NCBI RefSeq assembly: GCF_006345805.1 | Contig: NC_043001.1 | Location: forward strand, 104,036,001 to 104,100,000 | Direction: 5' to 3' | DNA from: Octopus sinensis | Lineage: Eukaryota | Length of the DNA stretch: 64,000 nucleotides | Part shown: positions 35,790 through 49,779 of the stretch, one piece after another | Position numbering within the stretch: the first letter of the stretch is position 1 | How the letters are laid out: each line of letters begins with the position of its first letter | Translations under genes and position numbers: made by a program | Notes under the pieces: generated by a model | The model's database searches: none | What the model saw: the letters and a program-made list of their open reading frames with translations, nothing else | What the model was told of the DNA's origin: nothing

Positions 35790-35970
35790 TGTGGATGCTT
35801 AGCGTATTTTGTCTGTCTCTACGTTCTGAGTTCAAATTCCGCTGAGGTCGACTTTGCCTTTCATCCTTTCGGGGTCGATAAACTAAGTACCAGTTGCGTA
35901 TTGGGGTCGATCTAATCGATTGGCCTCCTCTTCCCAAAAATTTAGAGCTTTGTGCCTAGAGTATAAAAGA
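35790..35970 (+). mobile_element. SINE group B, head-truncated
   Basis: ACGTTCTGAGTTCAAATTCCGCTGAGGTCGACTTTGCC. Confidence 0.8.
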
Positions 35971-36529
35971 ATATATTGTCAGATATAAATTCGTTTTGTG
36001 ACAACAATTATACGTTGCTCCATACAACTTGTGTAATATTATGATCTATTCGACTTTAAAAGCATCGTAAACTATGTTTAATCTTGCAAAAACTACTGCG
36101 TTGCCTGAGTAAATATTTGTTAAATAAATATGGCAAGAAATATCGTATCCTTTCCTACATGAAAATGTTGGAAGATGTAAGTGGAAATAGAAATTTACAC
36201 AATTAAACGTTCTCTCCACTAAAAATGGTGTTTATATGATGGATGAATAGGAGGTATATTTTTAATGCGTAAAACTGCTATCACATGAATGGAAGATGTC
36301 ATATCGTTAAATATAACCTAATATAAAAGGATATTACATAACAGAACGGAATATCATTATATAAACTAATTATGTCGAGATTAATTTTGGGAGAGGTGAA
36401 AGGCGACCATATTTAAATACAAACGTTTGATGTTGCAATTTTAATATTTAATAACTTCGACAATTTGAAATTCAAATCCTGAGGTAAATTACTATAAAAT
36501 TATGGTTTTTGTTTAATTATATAGGCTAT

Positions 36530-36810
36530 TAAGTGAAGACGCGTAGCCCAATGGTTAGGGCGTTGCTCTCACGACCGCTAAATTATAGGTTCGATTCCTG
36601 GACCGGGCTATGCGTTGTATTCTTGAGCAAAACACTTCATTTCATGTTGCTCCAGTCCACTCAGCTGTCAATGGGCGAACCCTGCGATTAAGGGTGGGGA
36701 ACGTTGGCCCGCTCACCTTGCCAGCGGTGTAGCATCACTGGAATGCTAAAACGATGCAAAGTGCATCGTGACTAGAGATATATAACAACATCTGATAGTC
36801 TGTTGATCAC
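36530..36810 (+). mobile_element. tRNA-derived SINE, group C
   Basis: A box CCAATGGTTAGGGCG, B box GGTTCGATTCC, GTATTCTTGAGCAAAACACTT core. Confidence 0.7.
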
Positions 36811-37844
36811 GTGATCTCTCGATTAAGTTATAATAAAACTAAAATAGTAGTATGAGAGTCAGAGAGTATTCAAAATAGTGAAAGGAAGTATTTTCAGGCC
36901 GTAAAGACAGAGGTTAATGCTTGAGGAACTGTTTTGGCTCTGTAGGCCTCCTTGCGAAACGGACAATCTGTCTACAGACACAAATGAATAAATGGTTGCA
37001 CGATTCTCTTCTCATCTATCGTATACGATTTTGTATTTAGTGTATAAAAGATAAACGATGATGAAAATAAATTTTAGTGAATGTGAGAAATGATAACCGA
37101 TTTGTGATAAAATTGTATGATTGTTAATAAATGGCAGAAGGCTCGACGAGACGTCCGGTGTCAGAGAGTATTCAAAATCTAACGCTTTGTATTAAACCTG
37201 ACATTTATCGTTCCAGGATGAGAAGATTCGAGTTAATCAACGTTTTAATTACGAAGTTTAATCAGCAGAATTGAACTGGGTCCATGGCCGTTGTTAGTAA
37301 ACCTTGATTTGCTAAAATTAAGGAGGTTGGTGACTGCAAAGCAATCATGGAGGGTTGAATTCCAGGGGAATTAGTCTTTTGGCAGAAAAGGATGGAGTGT
37401 GTGATTAGTGAGGGTGGGAGAGACACTGTGGGGGACAGGAAAAAAGAGGTGCGTTTATTGGGTCGGAATGGCTAGAGTTGACACGTAATCAGTTTTCTCC
37501 GAGGAACAGAAGTTGTTATAACAGCGGTACAAAAGGTAGATTGAGGGAACAGTTGGCTGTAGGTTGCAGCGTATCAAGAAATGACTTCACGCCATTCAGT
37601 TGTATAGTGTTTTTTATAGATGAGATCCAGGAATCGTGTATATAGCAGCAGTCCCATTCAATCGGTTTCCAATGCAACTGACTCTATTTCCTGAAAGTTT
37701 GAAGAAATCTCTTCATGTCTTAACAAATTAAAGCACTGCATCACATTCTTTGTATGCATACCAATCGAGGGCTCCTACATCCAACAGCTTCTAATACGAC
37801 TGAAATCGTAAGCAACACTTCCTAACTTTCTTTCTGCTCCCCAT

Positions 37845-37889
<45 letters not shown>

Positions 37890-37890
37890 C

Positions 37891-37940
<50 letters not shown>

Positions 37941-38300
37941 ATATCTGTATGTCTGTCTATCTATTTATCCATCTGTCTGTCTATATATCGATTTATCTAT
38001 TTGTCTGTCTATCTATCTGTGTATATCTATATATCTATCTATCTGTCTGTCTATGTGCATATCAATCTTTCTGTCTATCTATTTATCAATCTATCTGTCT
38101 ATCAATCTATCTGTATGTATGTCTGTATGTATGTCTATCTGTCTGTCTGTCTATCTATCTGTGTATATCAATCTGTCTATCTATCTGTCTGTCTATCTAT
38201 CTATGTGTATATCAATCTATCTGTCTATCTATCTATCTATTTGTCTATCTATCTATCCGTCTGTCTGTCTATGTGTCTGTTTGTCTATTTATCTATTTTA
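37845..38300. repeat. (TCTA)n/(TCTG)n microsatellite
   Basis: Direct reading. Confidence 0.95.
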
Positions 38301-38524
38301 TTTATCTCCATCTCTCTCAGTTTCCGTGGGGATGGGGTGTTTTTTTGCTTGTTTGTTTGTTATATTTTTGTTCTTAAATACGAAACAATGTAGATCTTTC
38401 TCTAAAACGTCAGAGCCAAAAGCGGTTTTTATTGCTACGGAACACATTCAACTTTGGTAAGCTGAGAATGCAATGATGACAGCACGAAGAAGCCTTTCTT
38501 ATAAGTTTCTGATAATAAATATGG

Positions 38525-38795
38525 ACGCTGGCTTAGCTGTGTGGTATGATGTTTCGTTCCCAACCATAAGGTTCTGGTTTCAGTCCTACTTCGCGCATGT
38601 GTGTTGTGTGTGTGTTGAGTGTATCTGTGTTTGTTACTCCCACCACCGTTTGACTACCCGTAACTTAGCGGTTCGGCAAACGAGACCGATAGAGTAAGTG
38701 CCAGGCTTAACAAAATATAAGCACTAGTATCAATTCATTCGATTAAAAATGCCCCAGCATGGCCGCTCTCTAATGACTATGACAAGTAAAAGGAA
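38525..38795 (+). mobile_element. SINE group A, internally deleted
   Basis: Head remnant joined to ACCCGTAACTTAGCGGTTCGGCAAA tail. Confidence 0.7.
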
Positions 38796-39217
38796 AAAAA
38801 ATTAAAAAACAAATACTTTATTCTGAAACTAATCAGCAGCCTCGAATAAAAACGAGGTTTTTATTCCACCATCTTCCAGCAAATATGTTTTTTTCTACTC
38901 ATTTACGAAGTACAACACTCTGGGTTTTGGTTATTTTGTTCTTACAACATTCAATAAAACACAGTAAAAAGAGACACATTATTTTTCAGTGTTCCTACAC
39001 AATAGTAACTACAGATCCTTCAAGATTTCGGAAATATCAAACCAACTTGGAATAGACAAGCCGACAGCATATGAAGACATTTAAGATGCAAAAGGAAAGT
39101 TAGCGAAAGGTCAGATTAATTTATGTACAGCAGAGGTTCTGGTTCGCATGAAAACATTCTCTTTAAAAACAATTATATCAAAGCAAGGTTAATTTTCGCT
39201 TTTGTCAAAATACACTT

Positions 39218-39470
<253 letters not shown>

Positions 39471-39809
39471 ACATGCATAAATACATAACAGTACATTCGT
39501 ACACAGACGTACACATATCTATATAATAATGAAGTGATCGGTTGGTAAATAAACTCAAAAGAAACCAAACGTGTGTTTAAAGAATTCTCCATTAAAAACA
39601 TGGATTGATTTGTGAAAGAAAAAACAAAAGAAAAGGGAAAAATCTCACTAAAAATGAAATTTCTTTTGAAACAACATATTTCGTGTGTAAAATAAATCAA
39701 CATTATACAAGCTTATATTTTTGCAACTCACTAAAGATTTCTCATAAAGTACAGCAACTGCTCAATGTCAATGGAAAATATGTGATTGAAATCGTCTGTA
39801 ATTTGGCGA

Positions 39810-39880
39810 GAATGATAGAGAATAATAGCGAATGGTAGAGAATGATAGCGAATGATAGCGAATGATAGAGAATGACAGAG
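39810..39880. repeat. 10-bp minisatellite (GAATGATAGM) x7
   Basis: Direct reading. Confidence 0.85.
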
Positions 39881-40018
39881 ATCTTAGTCGTTTGTACTCT
39901 TCGTAGAATATTCCTTAATCAATGTTCAACTGACTACGTCATTCAGCTCCGCTGAATCGACGGTTCAAACACACAATGCTTATCTACTGCTCGAAGACAG
40001 ATGCTGTATCTAGTTTCT

Positions 40019-40247
40019 TTAATCGTTCAGCATTCAGATTACTCTGTCAAATGTAAAGCTTATTTATTCGCATTGTCTTGACTCCATCATGCATAATCTT
40101 GTAGCTTCGAGATTTTGATGATGTGATTGGTTTATTCCTCGTATGACACTGTAGGACCGGTGTGACAGGTTGAATCTGGTCACTTTGAACATATAGCAGG
40201 TAGAATATTTTGGCATGATATACTCGGTTTAAATGCTAAACTGATAA
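40019..40247 (+). mobile_element. piggyBac-like MITE, degenerate
   Basis: TTAA at 40019-40022, CAGCATTCAG...AAATGCTAAA termini; reverse complement of the 59029-59255 copy. Confidence 0.55.
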
Positions 40248-40449
40248 GCTAAAGGAGTAAAGATTGTTTGCCAACATAACATGGCAGTTCTGGTTTAGGA
40301 CGAATGTTGCTGTAATTTAGCCCCAGGAGACATTGTCCTGTTATGTTGGCAAGCAATCTTTACTCCAAAGTACTGTTGTTGAATATCTCTCGTTGTGAGA
40401 TTTAAAAATTGTAATTTTCTGATAAGCAATAGTTCTGACATATTAGTTT

Positions 40450-41160
40450 TAAATTTTGGCACAAGGCCTGAAATTTCGGGAAAGGGGATCAGTCAATTAC
40501 ATCGACCCCATTTCTCGACTGGTACTTCATTTCATTGACTTCGAAAGGATGAAAGGCAAAGTTGATCTCGGCAGGGAATTTGAACTCAGAATATAAAGTC
40601 GGACTAAATTCTGCTTAGCATTTTGTCCGGCTTGCTAAATATTCCGTCAGTTCGCTACCTTCAGTTGTTCTGAGGTGTGGGACACCAAACATTTCGAGAA
40701 GATTTGCGAAATAATATAGATTCAAGATGTTAGAGGTGCTTTATTAGAAAGTTGTTTGTATCAAAGTTTAGAAATAAATAACCTTTCTACCGGAAGCACA
40801 GGTCCTTAAATTTGGGGGAAGTGATTAAGTCGATTGCACCGACTGATACTAATCTTATCGACCCCGAGAGGATGAAAGGCAAAGTCGACCTCGGCGGAAT
40901 TTGAACACAGAACGTAGCGGCATCATTTCGTTCGGCGTGCTAGCGATTCTTTCCTAATCTAGGCACAAAGCCCGAAATTTTGGGGGAGGGGTCAGTCGAT
41001 TAGATCGACCCCAGTACGCAGCTGGTACTTAATTTATCGACCCCGAAACGATGAAAGGCGAAGTCGACCTCGTCGGAATTTGAACTCAGGACATAAAGAC
41101 AGACGAAATATCGTTAAGCATTTCGCCCGGCTTGCTAACGATTCTGCCAGCTCACCGCCT
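40450..41160 (-). mobile_element. Cluster of three SINE group B units
   Basis: Repeated GATGAAAGGCAAAGTCGACCTCG at ~40550, ~40870 and ~41050. Confidence 0.8.
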
Positions 41161-41499
41161 TCAATTGTTCTGACATATGAGATACCAAGCATCTCGGGAA
41201 GATATGCGAAATAATATAGATTCATGAGGTTGGAGGTACTTTATCATCAGAAAGTCGTTTGTATCAAGGTTTAGAAATAAATAACAATGATATTCGGTAA
41301 AGCACCAGTCAAGAGACTGAAAAACGAACAGAAACAGAATTCGAATCGCTCTTTCATAAATTGTTTTATTTCATTTTCTTAGATAGAAGCAGATTGAGTT
41401 ATGAATGTCGCGAGTATTTATGCTTGCGTCCATTCGGTTTTGTTTATGCCCCTGGATTGTATATACACACAAAATGCATTCTTTTTTCCATCCTTTCTG

Positions 41500-41703
41500 T
41501 ATTCGACTTGCTTCAGCTATTTGACTGCAGCCATGCTAGAGCACTGCATTGAAGAATTTAGGTCGAACAAACCTCCCTTTGTATTTGTCTTTTTTAAACC
41601 TTCTATCAGTCACTTTGCCGAACTGCTAAGTATGGGGACATAAACACGCCAACACCAGTTGTCAAGCGGGGGCGGGGAACACACACACGCGCGCGCGCAC
41701 ACA

Positions 41704-41751
<48 letters not shown>

Positions 41752-43010
41752 TGCACTCAAACACACATGCATACATATATATAAATACATCTACAGGGTG
41801 CGTAAGATATTTGAGGACAGATTTATGTTTATAAAAAAAATCAGATATATAATAACAGACAAAAACTTTTTAAAAAGTGCTATGAGGATAACAATAAACA
41901 TTTTCTATAATGTTATTCAATAACGCCACCTTCAGGTTCAACAACGGCTTTTATCTGGAGAATTAGGAGGCCAAATGTTATGGGTTATGTGATCATGAAC
42001 ATTTTCAGCTATCCACTCTTGTGTTACTAGAGCCATGTGTGATAGTGCAGAGTCTTACTGAAACTTCCACTGCATATACTGTCTATCCAGGGCTTAACAA
42101 TTGTTCCAGGACCTCAATGTAGGCGGCAGAGTTAACTCTAAGGCCTTGTGGAAAGAAATAAGGAGGCATCACATGTCCTTCGTTGCTAACAAACCCTAAG
42201 AGCATGACAGTTTCAGGAAATTTTGTACTCATTTCTTCTGTTAACTTTTTGATCTTAGTCGAAGTTTTTTTCGTTTGAGAAAAACCAAATCAAATATTCT
42301 TCTGTTGGAATTTTCAGTTTAAGAACCTTTTAGATCTGATGTAGTGATTTTCGTTTGCTTTTTCTGACAAGTTGACCTTTCCTCATCATATAAGACTTAT
42401 ATCTAATGTCTTCGTGTACAACATTTCTGACCGTTCCTTCTCACACATGGAGATCTTTTGCAATTGACCTGATGGACTGTCTGAGATTGTAATCAATGGT
42501 TCGTTGAACTTGCTGGATAAATTCAAGTGTTTTGATGATTTCAGAGCATTTAGAATGCTTTTTATGTTTTGATACTGCTGATATATTTCCATCTTCAATC
42601 TCTAACTCCTTACAAACTCTGTAGATAAAAGATCTGGCAACTTTTAAAAATCAAGATGTTTCTAAATCGCTATGCTTGGCCTTTATAACCACAATAACAG
42701 CATGCCTCTTCATTTCTTAAGTAAGCTGAGTGTCTGCCATTATTATTTTCTGAAACAAAGATTATACAGAGTTAGCAAAAAAAGCAGCAATGATCCAAAA
42801 AAAGGTGTGTCCTCAAATATCTTACGCACCCTGTATATACGTCGGGATTCTTTCAGTTTCCGTCTACCAAATCCACTCCGAAGGCTCAAAGCTTTGGCTG
42901 ACCATAGGTTATGGTAGAAGACACTTGCCCAAGGTGTCACGCAGTGGAACTGAACCCGGAACCATGTGGTTGGGAAGCAAGCTTCCTTACTACACAGTCG
43001 CGCCTGCGCC
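41500..43010 (-). mobile_element. SINE group A split by a mariner insertion (tail 41500-41793, head 42834-43010)
   Basis: The two halves are colinear and join at the internal TA tract. Confidence 0.85.
41794..42833 (-). mobile_element. Tc1/mariner element, maT/DD37D-like, defective transposase
   Basis: Perfect 26-bp TIRs CAGGGTGCGTAAGATATTTGAGGACA (41794-41819, 42808-42833), TA on both sides; minus-strand KFPETVMLLGFVSNEGHVMPPYFF...FQ*DSALSH...IWPPNSPD then IKAVVEPEGGVIE*; stop, frameshifts and a deletion spanning the third catalytic Asp. Confidence 0.92.
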
Positions 43011-44093
43011 TATTTATGTTGAAATTATTTCTACTTTACATGGATTTTTACAACTAAGGGAAGGAAAATATAGTTGAAGAGGAGAAAGAGAAGGATGGAG
43101 GAAGAATAGCTGAAAGATAAAGAGAAAGAGAAAGTATGGGGGTGGAGATAATACATAAAAAGACAAGGATTGTGTCTTGAACAAGGAAAGAGAATTTGGA
43201 AGAAAGTTTTAGGAGGCGATTGTTGCTGTATTCACCAGCATTGAGTAGACAAATGGGAAACTGAATGCTTGTTATTTAATGATCACACACGGATCGCAAA
43301 ACGAAAATAAAATAAATTTTATTTTATTGTATTTTATTTTATTTTATTAATTCTGATTTATGAATTCGTAAATATCATTGAAATAAGATGGGAAGTAATG
43401 AAAAAGAAAGGGTAAATAAGTATTAACATATTTGAAAAATTTCTGCTATCGTCTGCCAAGAAATTGAAAGAAACCAAATCACGTGGTCATCCATGGTTGA
43501 GTATGGCTGTGTTGGTTATTATGTTGCTATGGGTTACCGGTTTTAGGCAAACAAACCATATCTCCTGCTGTGTGAGCTAATTGAAAATAAAATAAAAACA
43601 AGTATATGAATAAAATTGATAAAAAAATTTTCTTAACAATGTTATAAACAACGTCCACATATTGGAGATTATCGCTCTTAAACAAACATTATATCAGAAC
43701 CACCATAAAAACAGAAAAAGAAAACAACTAAAGCATAATTTCAAAATATATTTTAAAAGAAAAGATATGAAGGAAGTCCGTTGAGAGTAAAAGGAAAGAA
43801 ACAAGATGCCAAAGAAAAAGGAAAAACAATAGCGAAATGAAAATAACGAAAATAGAAGGTGGGGGGTGAGATGTTTTTGAGAGAAAGAGAGAGAGCGTCG
43901 GGGGGTTCAGAAATAGGAGGGAAAGAAAACTGCGGTTAGAGGGAGTAGAGCGAATCCAAATATATTTGTGGGAACGGAGGGTTTGGAGAAGAGTAAATAT
44001 TGAAGAGCGAAAGCTGAGAAACAGGAAGAGAATTATACGCCTGTAAGTGTGTATGTGTTTGTTTGTGTTTGATTGTGTGTATGTATATGTGTC

Positions 44094-44450
44094 GAGGCGC
44101 AAAAGCTAAGTGGTTAGGGCAGCGGACTCGCGGTTTCGACTCACACACCGGACGTTGTGAGTATTTATTGAGTAAAAACACCTAAAGCCCCACGAGGCTC
44201 CGGCAGTGGGTGGAGGCGAACCCTGCAGTTCTCTTTCACCACAATTATCTCTCCCTCTTTCTTCCTGCTTCTGTTGAATCTGTATTTCAAAGGGGCCAGT
44301 CTTGTCACAGTCTGTGTCACGCTGAATCTCATCGATAACTACGTCAAGGGTACACGTGTCTGTGGGGTGCACGTTAATTTCACGAGCAGGCTGTTCCGTT
44401 GATTGGATCAAGTGGAACCCTCGTCGTCGTAACCGACGGAGTGCCACGAC
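44094..44450 (+). mobile_element. tRNA-derived SINE, group C
   Basis: Head GAGGCGCAAAAGCTAAGTGGTTAGGGCAGCGGACTCGCGG; 3' part shared with 26840 copy. Confidence 0.8.
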
Positions 44451-44454
44451 GATG

Positions 44455-44714
44455 TACGTGTGTATGTGCATGTGTGTTTGTGTGTGTGTGTGTGTGTTAT
44501 TTGTGTATGTGTTATTTGTGTGTGAGGGTAGTGTGTGCGTGTTTATTTATCTGTGAGTGTGTGAGTGTGATTTAGTGAGTGTGCGTGTGTTTGTTTGTTT
44601 GTGTGCGTGTATGTGTGTGCATGTGTGTGCGTGAATGTGTGTGTTTATGTGCGTATATGTGGGAGTGTGCATGTGTTTGTGCGTGAGTGTATGTGTGAGT
44701 TTGTGTGTGAGTGA

Positions 44715-44775
<61 letters not shown>
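44455..44775. repeat. (GT)n-type microsatellite
   Basis: Direct reading. Confidence 0.95.
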
Positions 44776-44776
<1 letters not shown>

Positions 44777-45250
44777 TGCAGCACGGAATTTTGTCCGTGA
44801 GGTCGCTGTCCCAAAGCGACGAAAATATTTTGACACAAATTAAATTTAAATGTTGAAGTGAATCTAACGGTTTTTGTGTGATCCTTAAATGGCTTATAAA
44901 CACCTTCCACGCTGCAATTGTTTTTGTTTCAGCACACGACCTCAGATCAGGTCACATGCTATGCAAGTACATCACCGAAATTTATTATTCTTAAACAAAA
45001 ATATTATCAGCAGTGACTTGTTACTTTGACGTCAAAGAAAAAGGTTTAAATCCAACAAAACAAAAAATAACCAAAACGTCTGACATTCCGGTATCTACCT
45101 AAGAAAAGTGACACACCTAAATAAGCATACCTGCTTGCAAAGTTCTATATAAGTTCTAAACAATAACATAACCCTAAATGTAATCGACAAAAATTTTTCC
45201 AAAACACCTCTCCCTAACAACCAACCATAAAAACCTAATTTCCACCCTAC

Positions 45251-45565
45251 TTGTGGAGGCACATGACCTAGTGGTTAGAGCAGCGGACTCGCGGTCGAGG
45301 AATCGCGGGTTCGAATCTCAGACCGGGCGATGTGTGTGTTTATGAGCGAAACACCTAAGCTCCACGCGGCTCCGGCAGAAGGTAATGGCGAACTTCTGCT
45401 GACTCTTTCGCCACGACTTTCTCTCACTCTTTCCTCCTGCATCTCGCAGCTCACCTGCGACGGACCGGCGTCCCGTCCAGGTGGGCAACCTATAGGCCAG
45501 GGAAACCGGGTAACCGGCCCTTATGAGCCAGGCATGGCTCGAGAAGAAACAAACAAACAAAACTG
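45251..45565 (+). mobile_element. Full-length tRNA-derived SINE, group C subtype
   Basis: A box TAGTGGTTAG, B box GGGTTCGAATC, 3' segment CTGCGACGGACCGGCGTCCCGTCCAGG resembling the V-SINE domain as recalled, (AAAC)n tail. Confidence 0.85.
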
Positions 45566-46194
45566 CCTCCCTAATTAAACCCACACACCCAAGGAAGATT
45601 GTAACTTAACAGAGATTATATAAAGCAAAGATTAACTTCAATGCATCGCAGTTGGACAATGGCTTAGCCGGCCGAAACTTCGAAGTTACTGTCAATGATA
45701 TTCTGGTTTAATAATAAGTTAATATGGATGCAAGAATATTAAACTAAATATCCATTTACCTGAGACACAAGTCTTTTGTTGGCGTTTGAGACCATAGGGC
45801 TTCCATATTCCTGAAACTGTAACCCACATTTGGCACAGGGTATTTTGCCCTAGCTTGCCATTGGATCATGTCAGTAAGGTGGAGAGGGTCAATGAGGTCC
45901 TGTGTAAAGTACTCCATCCAGTGAGAGATAAATACAATTAAATGTACACAGTATAAAGACTCAAGCTAGTTTCTTGCTTTGGGGACACGGGTCTGGCAGG
46001 CTTTTATAACACACCGTGGTTTCCTGATTCATTTTATGCCGGCGTCTTGATTTGCAAATAAAATAGACCACGTGCTCGGAGCCTTAAGATTGCTTGGAGA
46101 CACTAAGCATGTTAAAAAAAACTTGTTTAGACACGTGTCTCCTAAGCAAGAAACCCTTAATAGCTCGTAACTTTATACTGCGTACATTAGATGA

Positions 46195-46422
46195 TACGTA
46201 TGTATCTATGTATGTGACTGTGTGTATGTATGTGCGTGTATGTTTGCATGTATGTATGTTTGTATGTATGTATGTATGTATGTATGTATGTATGTATGTA
46301 TGTATGTATGTATGCGTGTGTATGCATGTGTGTGTATGCATGCGTGTGTATGCATGCGTGTGTATGCATGCGTGTGTATGCATGCGTGTGTATGTATGTA
46401 TGTTTTATGTATGTATGTGTGT

Positions 46423-46460
<38 letters not shown>

Positions 46461-46655
46461 AGATCATGATGGGAGGAGAAAAGAGAATAAATTCATAAAA
46501 GTAAATGTTTTGCGTATGTATGTCTGTTTGTGTAAAGAAAGAATCGGGGCAACAAAGAGAAAGCGAGAGGAAGGAGAGAGAGAGAGAAAGAGAGAGAGAC
46601 AGACAGACAGACAGACATACAGACAGGCACAGAGAGAGAGAGAGAGAGAGAGAGA
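46195..46655. repeat. (TATG)n/(GT)n/(GA)n microsatellite cluster
   Basis: Direct reading. Confidence 0.95.
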
Positions 46656-46812
46656 TATGGAGAACGCAGCTGGAAAGGAGACAAGAAAGAAAAAGAAAGG
46701 TTTACAGATTGCAGTTTATTTTTAGTTTCAACCAAAATATTGAAGATCAAAAAACTTGAAGTGTTTTATATTTTTGCTTCTTTCAATCATGTTTCGATAG
46801 TAAAACAGAACT

Positions 46813-46843
<31 letters not shown>

Positions 46844-48319
46844 TATATATATCAATCTCTTCTTTACATTATATTATATCAGTCTTTGAGATAGCTTCAA
46901 GTATTGAAGCCCTATATTTGGATGATGTTTGAGTTCTTTGTTCTTTTGTAGAGATTCCTTCGAATCCGTCTACTGGTTTATGCTGTGATTTCACAGTTAC
47001 AACTTTTGCTCCATTTTTTAGCAAACATTTGTTATGGAATCAACGTGGGAACCTTTACGTATTCTCTCAGTTGCCGTCTTAGAAATGAAGTCGCCCTTCA
47101 CGATTGCCTGTTTGGTCAAGGCTGCCTTCGACCTGACAACACAGACATCCCTGACCACAGTTACAAGCAACACCATGAATCAGCGAATTTGCTGCTATTC
47201 GTCACTCAAACTGCTGGAAATGGCTGCCAAATCTCCATAAAATTATACGATTTATTGCCTCAAATAAAGACACGCTGGATTATATAACCCATAGTTTTAA
47301 AACAGACTGGATGGTCACGGTTGCAACGCTTTTGATCAGAAGTCTGCTTTATCAGGGCTGATCAATAACAATGACAAGAAAAAATACTATTATAAACGAG
47401 TCTCTGAGGGAAATTAATAGGAAGTAGTGTAGCGGCATCTAGATAGTTTAATGATCTCCCTTGCAAGGAAGATTATAGAGTAAACTCCCTTTCTAAGTTT
47501 CTCGAAGCATCTGTGTCATGAGACGTGATTCTTAATTATTCAAAAAGCTTAGCGTTTCTCTTGGAAGTCTCTAGAATGACTAGCGTTCCATTAATAAAAA
47601 CAGCTTGCTAATCCTTCTCTTCACTTCTTAGTCGATTAGACTTAGAGCCATTCACGTCATCGCTATATCCGTCTATTTCTCTACGCCACATGACTGAAAC
47701 CCACCACTTAGCTGTTATTTCTATATTTCCTATCACTGAACTTTCTTGCATAGATTACTTCATTCAACTAGATTCTACATTGTGATTATGTATCATCATC
47801 GACCAGTAAATAAAATATATATTTTATGTAGTAAACATATAAAATTCTTGAATTTATACTTCATCTCTGTATGAACTCTTGTAATAATATATACGCAGCC
47901 ACATCAACACCTTGTACTGACTATATATATATATAAGCACTAGAGTAGTATACCTGCTGGAAATAGCAACTAAATATTCATGAAATTTCACCTCACCAAC
48001 CATCTTAAAAGGTTAGATCGTCACTGGATTATGTAATCCTAAATACGGAATCACCGATAGAAAGAATGCTAATACGATTCTTTAATTTCTTTGCAGCAAC
48101 ATTTTCTCCAGACAACTTGCGGGGGCGAAGTAGAAACAAATTACTTATTCGATAACTATTAATCTCATTTTGAGGTCTGGAAAAATTTTATTACAATATT
48201 TACATCAACATTGTTCCAGTTGGTTTCATTTCTGACCGTTGTCAAGTGTATCACATGACAAGGTTAAAAATGGGAGAATCTATAAATGAAATTTCTGCTT
48301 TTGAAAGAGAATGTCTATC

Positions 48320-48750
48320 ATAGGCACAAGGCCTAAAATTTCGAGGGAGGGGACTAATCGATTACATCGACCCCAGTGCGTAACTGGTACTTATTTCATC
48401 GACCCCGAAAGGATGAAGGGCAAAGTCGACCTCGGTGGAATTTGAACTCAGAACGTAGCGGCGAATGAAATGCCTATTTCTTTACTACCCACAAGGGGGC
48501 TAAACACAGAGGACACAAACAAGGACAGACAAACGGATTAAGTCGATTATATCGACCCAAGTGCGTAACTGGTACTTATTTCATCGATCCCGAAAGGATG
48601 AAAGGCAAAGTTGATCTCGACGGAATTTGAACTCAGAACGTAGCGGCAGACGAAATACCACTAAGCATTTCGCCAGATATGGTAGCAATTCTTTTCTACA
48701 ACTTGGCACAAGGCCCGAAATTTTGAGGGAGGGGGCCAGTCGATTAGATC
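48320..48750 (-). mobile_element. SINE group B, tandem dimer plus start of a third unit
   Basis: Same body-linker-body layout as 4725-5122. Confidence 0.85.
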
Positions 48751-49779
48751 GAGCTACATGAATGGTAAATAGTTTACGGCACAAAAGAAATCATCGTTTC
48801 AAACTTACTCATAAACTACATGAAGTTGTTTATAAGATCGGAAATATAATTTCGAAGTGTTCATAATGTCACGGTCAGGATCTGATCAAAGGCTTTGCAA
48901 TTAGTTGGAGAAAACTTTCTAAATAAAGTGGAAGTATTCAAAAATAAACTTTATTTACCATTTTACTGTTAGTTTTGTTTCATTTTGGAAAATAATTATT
49001 TATTTTATAGTTTATTATAGCTTATATTTTGAACTAAATGTATTATAGCACTCCAAAATTTGTTAAGTGCTTAATGCTTTTATGGGTCTAAATCTGGCCC
49101 TGATAAAATGTGTTTCTTGAACTTTCAGAGTTGAAAAAATGTTTTTTTCTCTTTGCATGGTAAAAAATAAGAAACAGAAGAAAAAAAAATCCTAATGTAT
49201 TTTTTATTATATTTTTATATTATATTTATTATATCTAAATTGGTCTGCTCATTCTAAGTTACACGGAAAAGAAGTTGTGAATTTAAAATAAAGGCTTTTT
49301 GTCTTTCGTTTTATTTCACATCTAAATATATAGTGTAGTAATATATTTATGAAATACTTTCTGTTGGTATTTTCTAACAATATATTGGAGCCTTTTAGCT
49401 CTCCGAACAACGAAATGTATTGATTTATTATATAGATAGCTTCCGATTTATAAAAACGAAAATGATCGTCTGATATTTTTAATATTCTCAACGGTATTGA
49501 AACGACTTCAACATCGAATTGAAAACAGGAATCAACTTTGAAGTTGACGCATTCGTCTAAAATAGAATATTAAAATTAAGTGCAATGCTATAGAATGACA
49601 TAAGCACGAACAGGGTTATATGCGGTTGATGGCACAAGAGTTATAACGATCGTTACGTTTCATGTCTCTTAATATCAATACAAATTCCCGCCCGGATCGT
49701 GTTTGATTTTTATCCTCCTGCGATTGATGAAATAAGGAATGGTCAACTGAGAGAATCGACAGAAATACCCATTCACACT

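Noticed and set aside
37480-37640. Penelope-like RT remnant on minus strand (KHY...TYSQLF)
   Set aside because: Too few conserved residues and frame changes are required; needs a TBLASTN test.
45254-45330. tRNA gene
   Set aside because: A and B boxes are present, but there is no proper acceptor stem and it continues into a SINE body repeated elsewhere in the window.
45690-45900. L1/Tx1 zinc-knuckle remnant on minus strand (PCAKCG)
   Set aside because: A single CxxC with no in-frame HxxxxC; not supportable by eye.
46985-47287. 100-aa ORF in unique sequence
   Set aside because: GTG start, no motif and no convincing splice sites; within chance expectation.
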